DNA of 64,000 nt from the NCBI GenBank assembly GCA_965207885.1, contig OZ242311.1, positions 1,472,001-1,536,000 on the forward strand, in the 5' to 3' direction. Shown in pieces: positions 57,707-64,000 of the stretch; within the stretch, counting starts at the first letter, position 1; the number at the start of each line of letters is the position of its first letter. Below the pieces are notes generated by a model. The model made no database searches. It saw nothing but the letters and a program-made list of their open reading frames with translations, and was not told where the DNA came from. Source of the DNA: Candidatus Latescibacterota bacterium (lineage in GTDB: Bacteria > Latescibacterota > UBA2968). Position numbers and translations under genes: made by a program.

Positions 57707-59365
57707 ATGGCCTACCAACTTCCCGAACTCGCCGAACCCGAAGCACCTGAAAAGAACGAAGTCGTACTCATTGCCAACGGCGACCTGCGCTTATCTGCCA
57801 ACCAGATGTGCTGGCCCGCACAAGAAGCAATGGAAAAAACCATCATAGCCGCAATCCAACGCGAAGGATGGAAAGTCCGCCGCGGACACCCCTACAAACA
57901 AGACGAGGAACACGGCTTTATCGGATCGCAAAAAGAGGGCATGGCCGTCTTCAAAAACATCCATCCCGACGCCCCCCTCATCGTAGCCGAAGCCGTCTGG
58001 CAATACAGCCACCACGTACTTCACGGCCTGATTTCACACCGCGGCCCCATCCTCACCCTTGCCAACTGGTCTGGACAATGGCCCGGCCTCGTCGGCATGC
58101 TCAACCTCAACGGCTCCCTCACCAAAGCCGGGGTTGAATACAGCACCCTGTGGAGCCTGGACTTTACCGACGACTTCTTCAAACGCGGCCTGCGCGAATG
58201 GCTCACCAGCGGCAGCGTCACCCATGACACCTCCCATGTACGCGACGCCAACACCTTCCGCCTGCCCGAAGCCGAAGCACAACTCGGACAGGCGCTGGCA
58301 GAACAACTCCAGAGCGAAAAAGCCATTATGGGCGTCTTTGACGAAGGCTGCATGGGCATGTTCAACGCCATCATCCCCGACCACTTGCTCAATCCCACAG
58401 GGGTCTTCAAAGAACGCCTCTCACAATCTGCACTCTGGGCAGAAATGCAAACCATCACAGATGCAGAAGCAAATGCTGTTCGCACTTGGCTCGAGCGCAA
58501 GGGCCTCACCTTTGTCACCGGCACAAACACCACCGATGAACTCACCGACGACCAGATCGCAATGCAATGCAAAATGTACATTGCCGCCGTACGCATTGCC
58601 GATGACTTTGGTTGCGCCACCATTGGCATTCAATATCAGCAGGGCCTCAAAGACCTGTGCCCGGCATCTGATCTGGTCGAAGGCATTCTCAACAACGCAG
58701 ATCGCCCCCCGGTCAAAGCGCGCGCCAATGGCCAGATCCTCTACGAAGGCGAAGCACTCCCGCATTTCAACGAAGTCGATGAATGCGCGGGCCTCGACGG
58801 CCTGATCACCAACCGCATCTGGAAAGCACTGGAGCAGCCACCCGAAAACACCTTACACGACCTGCGCTGGGGCGAACACTATCGGGGAAATGGCATTGAC
58901 GACTACGTATGGGTCTTTCTCATCTCTGGCGGCGCGCCGCCCGCACACTATATCGGCGGCTACAAAGGCACCTCTTCCGAACGCCAGCCCAACATGTATT
59001 TCCCTCTCGGCGGCGGCACCTGCAAAGGCGTGAGCAAACCCGGCGAAATCGTCTGGAGCCGCATCTTCGTCCAAAATGGCGAACTGCACATGGACATTGG
59101 CCGCGGTGGCGTCGTAGAACTCCCACAACCAGAAACCGACCGCCGCTGGCGTGCCACCACCCCGCAGTGGCCCATTATGCACGCCGTCACCTACGGCATC
59201 TCCCGCGACCAGATGATGGCGCGCCACAAAGCCAACCACATCCAGGTCGCCTATGCCCAATCAGCACAGGCCGCCAACAACGCGCTGGCCGTAAAAATCG
59301 CCATGATGCAAGCATTGGGCGTCAAAGTTCATCTGTGTGGCACAAATAACGGATTGGTGGATTGA
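57707..59365 (+). CDS. L-fucose/arabinose isomerase-like protein
   Basis: [28 protein letters not shown] and WPIMHA motifs of the FucI-like fold. Confidence 0.78.
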   Translation: MAYQLPELAEPEAPEKNEVVLIANGDLRLSANQMCWPAQEAMEKTIIAAIQREGWKVRRGHPYKQDEEHGFIGSQKEGMAVFKNIHPDAPLIVAEAVWQYSHHVLHGLISHRGPILTLANWSGQWPGLVGMLNLNGSLTKAGVEYSTLWSLDFTDDFFKRGLREWLTSGSVTHDTSHVRDANTFRLPEAEAQLGQALAEQLQSEKAIMGVFDEGCMGMFNAIIPDHLLNPTGVFKERLSQSALWAEMQTITDAEANAVRTWLERKGLTFVTGTNTTDELTDDQIAMQCKMYIAAVRIADDFGCATIGIQYQQGLKDLCPASDLVEGILNNADRPPVKARANGQILYEGEALPHFNEVDECAGLDGLITNRIWKALEQPPENTLHDLRWGEHYRGNGIDDYVWVFLISGGAPPAHYIGGYKGTSSERQPNMYFPLGGGTCKGVSKPGEIVWSRIFVQNGELHMDIGRGGVVELPQPETDRRWRATTPQWPIMHAVTYGISRDQMMARHKANHIQVAYAQSAQAANNALAVKIAMMQALGVKVHLCGTNNGLVD

Positions 59366-59366
59366 C

Positions 59367-60377
59367 ATGGACCGTGTTCGTATTGGCGTTATCGGCGTGG
59401 GCAATATCGCCCGCAATTACCATTTACCCCCTGTACACGCACTCCCAAATGCCGAACTCGTCGCCGTTGCAGACCTCGACGAATCGCTCAGATTAAGAGC
59501 ACAGAAGCAATTCGGCTTTCGCGATGCGTACACTGATTACCGCTGCATTTTAGACCGCGACGACATTCACGCCATCATGCTCCTCACCCGCGTGAATACA
59601 CGCACCGAAATCATTCCCGCAGCCCTCGAAGCGGGCAAACACGTCTTCACCCAAAAGCCCTTTGCACTGACAAATGAAGACGCTGAATTTCTCGCTCAGG
59701 CAGCCAGGCGCACGGGCAATCGCCTCGTCTGCAGCTTCATGCATCGCTACTTTTCGCATACTCAGGGCGCGCGTCGAATCCTGAAAGAGGGCAAAATCGG
59801 CCGCCTCGAAATGGTGCGCCATCGCAACTGCATCGGCAGCCGCTACGACAACGCCGTTCGCTTGTGGGGCGGTGTCCTCGACATCGGTACACACGGCATA
59901 GACGTCATCCGGTATCTCACCGAACAAGACGTCGTCAAAGTGCAAGCCATGATGGACCCCTATCTAACCAATGCAAACCTGCCGATAGACCCCACCATCA
60001 ACCGCCCCAATGAAACCGTGGCCATCATGAATTTTGAAATGTCTGGCGGTACCCTCGTCACCTTTGAAATGCACTGGACCCAACGCGGTGGCGCAGGAGC
60101 CTATTACGCCGAACACTACGGCGATGACGGCTCGATGTTCATCAAACATCCCATTGCCCCGGCAACCCTCGTTTACACCCAGGGCCGCAAAGGCGACTGG
60201 ATTCAACCCGACCTCGAACAGCATCCCAAAGGCCACCTGCACCACAAAATCTTCATAGACGACATCCTCAACAACACCTGTGAAAGTGCCACCCCCGAAG
60301 ATGCCGTAGCCACCGTAAAAATTATCAACGCCGCCTACGAAGCGGCACAAACTGGAAAAACAATCACTGTAGGCTAA
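59367..60377 (+). CDS. Gfo/Idh/MocA family oxidoreductase
   Basis: IGVIGVGNIA, GKHVFTQKP and GGVLDIGTHGID. Confidence 0.92.
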   Translation: MDRVRIGVIGVGNIARNYHLPPVHALPNAELVAVADLDESLRLRAQKQFGFRDAYTDYRCILDRDDIHAIMLLTRVNTRTEIIPAALEAGKHVFTQKPFALTNEDAEFLAQAARRTGNRLVCSFMHRYFSHTQGARRILKEGKIGRLEMVRHRNCIGSRYDNAVRLWGGVLDIGTHGIDVIRYLTEQDVVKVQAMMDPYLTNANLPIDPTINRPNETVAIMNFEMSGGTLVTFEMHWTQRGGAGAYYAEHYGDDGSMFIKHPIAPATLVYTQGRKGDWIQPDLEQHPKGHLHHKIFIDDILNNTCESATPEDAVATVKIINAAYEAAQTGKTITVG

Positions 60378-60394
60378 AAAAAGGACATAGTACC

Positions 60395-61339
60395 ATGAGA
60401 ATCGCGCTCGTCATCCGACCATTCACCGATGAAAACCTCCAGACCGCGCTTCAAATGGGCGTGGAAGATGTCGTAACCGTCTTACCCAATGCTGGCCCCG
60501 TATGGGATTATCTCGCCATCTTGCGCCACAAAAAACGCATTGAAGACCAGGGCTTGCGCTGGTCTGTGGTCGAATCTGTTCCCATCTCGGACAATATCAA
60601 ACTGGGCCTTGAAGACCGCGACAGAGAAATCGACAACTACTGCCAGACCATCCGCAACCTCGGCGCAGCGGGCATTCCCGTAATGTGTTACAACTGGATG
60701 GCTGTCTTTAACTGGATGCGCACCTCGATGACCACCCGCACGCGCGGCAATGCCCTGACCAGTACTTACGATCACGGCGACATGGAAGACGCGCCATCCA
60801 TCACCGACTATGGCGACATCACCGAAGAACGCCTCTGGGAAAACCTCGAATACTTCCTCAAAAGAGTAATACCCGTTGCCGAAGAAGCCGGCGTCAAACA
60901 GGGCCTGCACCCCGACGACCCGCCGCTCTCACCCATTCGCGGCGTTGCCCGCATCATCACCAGCCCCGAAGCCTATGATCGCGTCATCTCTTTTATCCCC
61001 AGCGAATACAATGGCCTCACCTATTGCCAGGGCAACTTCAAAGCCATGGGTGCCGACATCCCGGCCACCATACACCACTTCAAAGACCACATCCACTTCG
61101 CCCACTTCCGCGACCTCCATGGCCAGGTACCCACCTTCTCCGAATCCTTTCACGACGACGGCGACACCGACATGGCAGAAGCTATTCGCGCGTACAAAGC
61201 AATCGGATTTAAAGGCGTTGTCCGCCCCGACCACACGCCCACCTTTGCGATTGACCAGGAAGATACAGGAGGCTACAACTTCCTCGGAAGGCTCTATGCA
61301 GTCGGTTATATGCGTGGTCTCATCCATGGAACAGGCTAA
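60395..61339 (+). CDS. uxuA: Mannonate dehydratase
   Basis: WSVVES, CYNWM..FNWMRT, LHPDDPP, HFRD, RPDH and GRLYAVGY. Confidence 0.92.
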   Translation: MRIALVIRPFTDENLQTALQMGVEDVVTVLPNAGPVWDYLAILRHKKRIEDQGLRWSVVESVPISDNIKLGLEDRDREIDNYCQTIRNLGAAGIPVMCYNWMAVFNWMRTSMTTRTRGNALTSTYDHGDMEDAPSITDYGDITEERLWENLEYFLKRVIPVAEEAGVKQGLHPDDPPLSPIRGVARIITSPEAYDRVISFIPSEYNGLTYCQGNFKAMGADIPATIHHFKDHIHFAHFRDLHGQVPTFSESFHDDGDTDMAEAIRAYKAIGFKGVVRPDHTPTFAIDQEDTGGYNFLGRLYAVGYMRGLIHGTG

Positions 61340-61342
61340 TCC

Positions 61343-61376
61343 AAAAAAAGGCTGCGATCTTTCGACCGCAGCCTTT
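61343..61376. terminator. Bidirectional rho-independent terminator between convergent genes
   Basis: AAAGGCTGCG / CGCAGCCTTT stem with an A7 run on the left. Confidence 0.75.
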
Positions 61377-61401
61377 AGTGTATCTGGTGGGAGAGCTTCT
61401 C

Positions 61402-62457
61402 TCAGAATCCAAGCCCCACAGTCAACCAGTGATTATCCTGAAAGTACTCTGTCTTGCCAAAGGCATAATCCACCTGAAAAGCCATATTGCCCATGGGCAC
61501 ATTCAGACCAAAGCCAAACGTCGGGCCGAGAATATATTCCTTCTTGAACCCGCTGGGCAGGGCATCACCTGTTGGAGAAGCAACATATCCTCCGCGCAAC
61601 TGAAGAATTTGCTTCATCGAATACTCAACGCCAGCCTGATATTCGTCAGTCGCCAGATTGTTATTGCGGAAGGTCGCCGAAAAAATAGCTTTGCCCAGCG
61701 CATCTTCATAGAAAGCATAGGAAAAACCGATTTCTATGGACGTGGGCAACTCAGCCGCTGCCAGTGACGTGCGGAAACTGCGCGACCCGGCCTGGGGATC
61801 GGCCTCTGGAACAGCGTCTTGCAATTTCACCACCCGATCCAGATCCGGACCATCAAACCGCAGATCGGGACCAAAATTTTGCATGGCAATACCCAGCGTC
61901 AGACCTTTGAGTGCGGTTTTGTACTGGAAGCCAAAGTCAAACGCCAGGCCATTGGCGACCTCGCGCTTAATCGCCTCGTGGATATATTTGATCGTGGTGC
62001 CAAACGACACGCGATCTGTCAGCAACTGCGAATACGTAAATGTCACACACGAAAATCTCGGCGAGAGCACCTCGCCCGTGCCTTCGGGCGACTCCTCGGT
62101 CGTCACAATAATATCGCCCACCGCAAACACGCGGGCACTGATCCCCACCGAAATATCATCTCGCAGACGCGTGGTAATCGCAAAATAGTTCACATTCATA
62201 TCTGCGATATAATCCAGATATGAAAATATGGCTTCGCGCTTGTGCGTTCCAAATACCAATCCCGAGGGATTCCACTGCAATGCCTCGGCACCCTTTACAT
62301 GGGCCAGTATGGCACCTCCAAGTGCTGTACCGCGCGATCCAATAGGAATGCGCAACTCTTGTGCCGCGGCTGTGCCGATGCGGCTCTCATCGCCTGCACG
62401 GGCATCCTGAGCGATCAATGCCAGCGCGGCAAACAGAAAAATCATCTTCCTGAACAT
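61402..62457 (-). CDS. PorV/PorQ (UPF0164) family outer membrane protein
   Basis: Signal peptide; GTAAAQELRIP.GSR..ALG, WNPSGL, AFDFG, NFG and LRGGY; terminal F. Confidence 0.85.
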   Translation of the reverse strand: MFRKMIFLFAALALIAQDARAGDESRIGTAAAQELRIPIGSRGTALGGAILAHVKGAEALQWNPSGLVFGTHKREAIFSYLDYIADMNVNYFAITTRLRDDISVGISARVFAVGDIIVTTEESPEGTGEVLSPRFSCVTFTYSQLLTDRVSFGTTIKYIHEAIKREVANGLAFDFGFQYKTALKGLTLGIAMQNFGPDLRFDGPDLDRVVKLQDAVPEADPQAGSRSFRTSLAAAELPTSIEIGFSYAFYEDALGKAIFSATFRNNNLATDEYQAGVEYSMKQILQLRGGYVASPTGDALPSGFKKEYILGPTFGFGLNVPMGNMAFQVDYAFGKTEYFQDNHWLTVGLGF

Positions 62458-62483
62458 AAGTTATTCCTCCATTCAGCGGTTCG

Positions 62484-64000
62484 TTAAAATGTGTTCAGCG
62501 TCTCAGCTTCCATAAACACCGCGCACTTAATAAAATGCGTACCGATATTTGGCGCATCAAAATGCGCGATATAAATGCCGCTGGCAACCAGCACGCCCTG
62601 ATCTGTTTTCAGATCCCAGGTATCAAACGACAAACCGTTATTGTGATTAATCGTCCGCACCAGATCCCCCGACAGGCTGAAAATTCGGATCGTACACTGC
62701 GCGGGAAGATTGGTAAAACGCATCTGACGTGCGAGAGAAGTGAATTCATAAGACGAACGCCCCAGATACGGATTGGGCACCGCCAGAATTTTGGTCAAAT
62801 CCTCCACCGCCAACTCTTGATCGCCCCGGACAGCACCCTGCGTATTAAATGCAAACACATCGTTGGGGCCATTGACGTGATTCGCCAGAATCAAAAACGA
62901 ATCGCCATCCTGCGGGAATCGATCTGGCGTGCGGCGCGCGGCCCAAATGATATACATAATGGGTGGTGCCGGCGCATCGTTAATCAAACCCTGAGACAAC
63001 TCTGCCACATTGGAATCATCGCCCGGCTCGGTATAATCCCGATCGAAAATGAACAGCCACTCGCGCGGTCCACCGCCAGCCAGATTGCTGACATCGCCGT
63101 AAAATCCCGGACCATACGCACCGTTGACCAGGCCGCCGGGTTGGTTATTTTCCAACCAGCCAACTTCGAGACGGCGATTATTTTCCATATCCCAGGCCGA
63201 AAGCGCGATGGGATTGCGTTCCTGATACACATATACGCCGGGACCCGATGTATTGATGATATAATGGCTCCAGTCATAAGGTGCTTGTGTGGTCGTCTGA
63301 TCTGCAGGAGCAGGAGGAGGAGCACCTGCACCGCGCAAATACCGATATCCATAAGACACATTGGGATTGGTCAGGTCAATGGGTTTGTACTGATCCTCGC
63401 CTTCATCTTCAATCACACTGGTAAATCGCAATTCCACATTGACCAATCGCGCAGGTGAAACGCTCGTGGGACCGAACCACATATGGGCAATATCGCCCGT
63501 CATCGCGCCGTTAAAACCTTCGGCACCCCAGTTAGTACCTGCCCAGGTGTACCACCGCGCGCCCGATGGAATATCCCAATCTTTGATGCCGAGGGGCGGA
63601 CCCGTCACACGCACGAGCAAACCCTCGACAATCGGATTGGAAATCGCCGCATCCAGTGAGGCGTGCTGCTGCATATCTGAAAGCACGGCCTGACCACTCG
63701 ACAGATTGATCAAATCCCACACCGTTCCTGCATCGGTATCGCGGAAGCGCACTTCGTAAGGCGCGCCCGTGACCTGTGTATCGTCAACCACCTCCACGGC
63801 CACGATACCATCGCTTGAACCCGATGTGTGCTCAACAGTACTATCCACACCCACGGTATTGAATCGCGTACCCGCAGTGGGTCCGCGCGGCACAATGCCA
63901 TTGGCCGGAATCAACTCATCCGAAAGGGGCTTAAACGTCATGCGCCCATCAGCCAGAGCCGAGATGGATGTCTCGAGCGTTTTGGGCGACCTGCCCTCAT
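62484..64000 (-). CDS. Large secreted protein with T9SS/FlgD-like C-terminal domain; 5' end outside the window
   Basis: C-terminal VPNPY...FTNLP..CTIRIFSLSGDLVRTI...WDL...VASGIYI; the frame stays open upstream of ATG 63941 to the window edge (...EGRSPKTLETS...). Confidence 0.82.
   Translation of the reverse strand, partial: EGRSPKTLETSISALADGRMTFKPLSDELIPANGIVPRGPTAGTRFNTVGVDSTVEHTSGSSDGIVAVEVVDDTQVTGAPYEVRFRDTDAGTVWDLINLSSGQAVLSDMQQHASLDAAISNPIVEGLLVRVTGPPLGIKDWDIPSGARWYTWAGTNWGAEGFNGAMTGDIAHMWFGPTSVSPARLVNVELRFTSVIEDEGEDQYKPIDLTNPNVSYGYRYLRGAGAPPPAPADQTTTQAPYDWSHYIINTSGPGVYVYQERNPIALSAWDMENNRRLEVGWLENNQPGGLVNGAYGPGFYGDVSNLAGGGPREWLFIFDRDYTEPGDDSNVAELSQGLINDAPAPPIMYIIWAARRTPDRFPQDGDSFLILANHVNGPNDVFAFNTQGAVRGDQELAVEDLTKILAVPNPYLGRSSYEFTSLARQMRFTNLPAQCTIRIFSLSGDLVRTINHNNGLSFDTWDLKTDQGVLVASGIYIAHFDAPNIGTHFIKCAVFMEAETLNTF

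Noticed and set aside
1-64000. CRISPR array, rRNA, tRNA or prophage
   Set aside because: No regularly spaced repeats, RNA gene signatures or phage structural genes were seen, and the intergenic gaps are almost all short.

Overview
Gene-dense bacterial window, mostly minus-strand, of intermediate GC. The gene content (sulfatases, PhyH dioxygenase, Gfo/Idh, ankyrin and TPR proteins, TA fragments, TonB receptors, a PorV-family gene with a T9SS/FlgD-like tail protein) suggests an FCB-superphylum organism such as a Latescibacterota/Gemmatimonadota-like marine or sponge-associated bacterium; this is inference only. I saw no rRNA, tRNA or CRISPR array. Main structures: (1) a putative lipid head-group synthesis and export locus (UPF0104 flippase, TolC, IPCT/DIPPS-like bifunctional enzyme, MlaC-like protein, MMPL/RND, an internally duplicated membrane protein, GMC oxidoreductase; 5264-22137). 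It is interrupted twice: by a complete IS4-family element (10692-11889, 17-bp IRs, 9-bp TSD) that splits a sigma70-like promoter, and by an integrase-free ~6-kb island bounded by a 48-bp direct repeat. The island carries a response regulator, a histidine kinase, a TonB receptor and a DUF4249 lipoprotein, with shared GTAAC-N5-GTAAC boxes. (2) An iolD-containing catabolic operon. (3) An AT-rich defence patch (37886-41087): three tandem toxin-less antitoxins, a beta-flower-like protein, and a type II RM system whose endonuclease is fused to an HTH controller, with a C-box-like palindrome over the methyltransferase promoter. (4) Housekeeping and catabolic genes (infA, glycosylasparaginase, ABC transporters, fucose-isomerase-like/Gfo/uxuA). 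All family calls come from motif recognition by eye, not database searches. Several start codons were moved from the ORF track.
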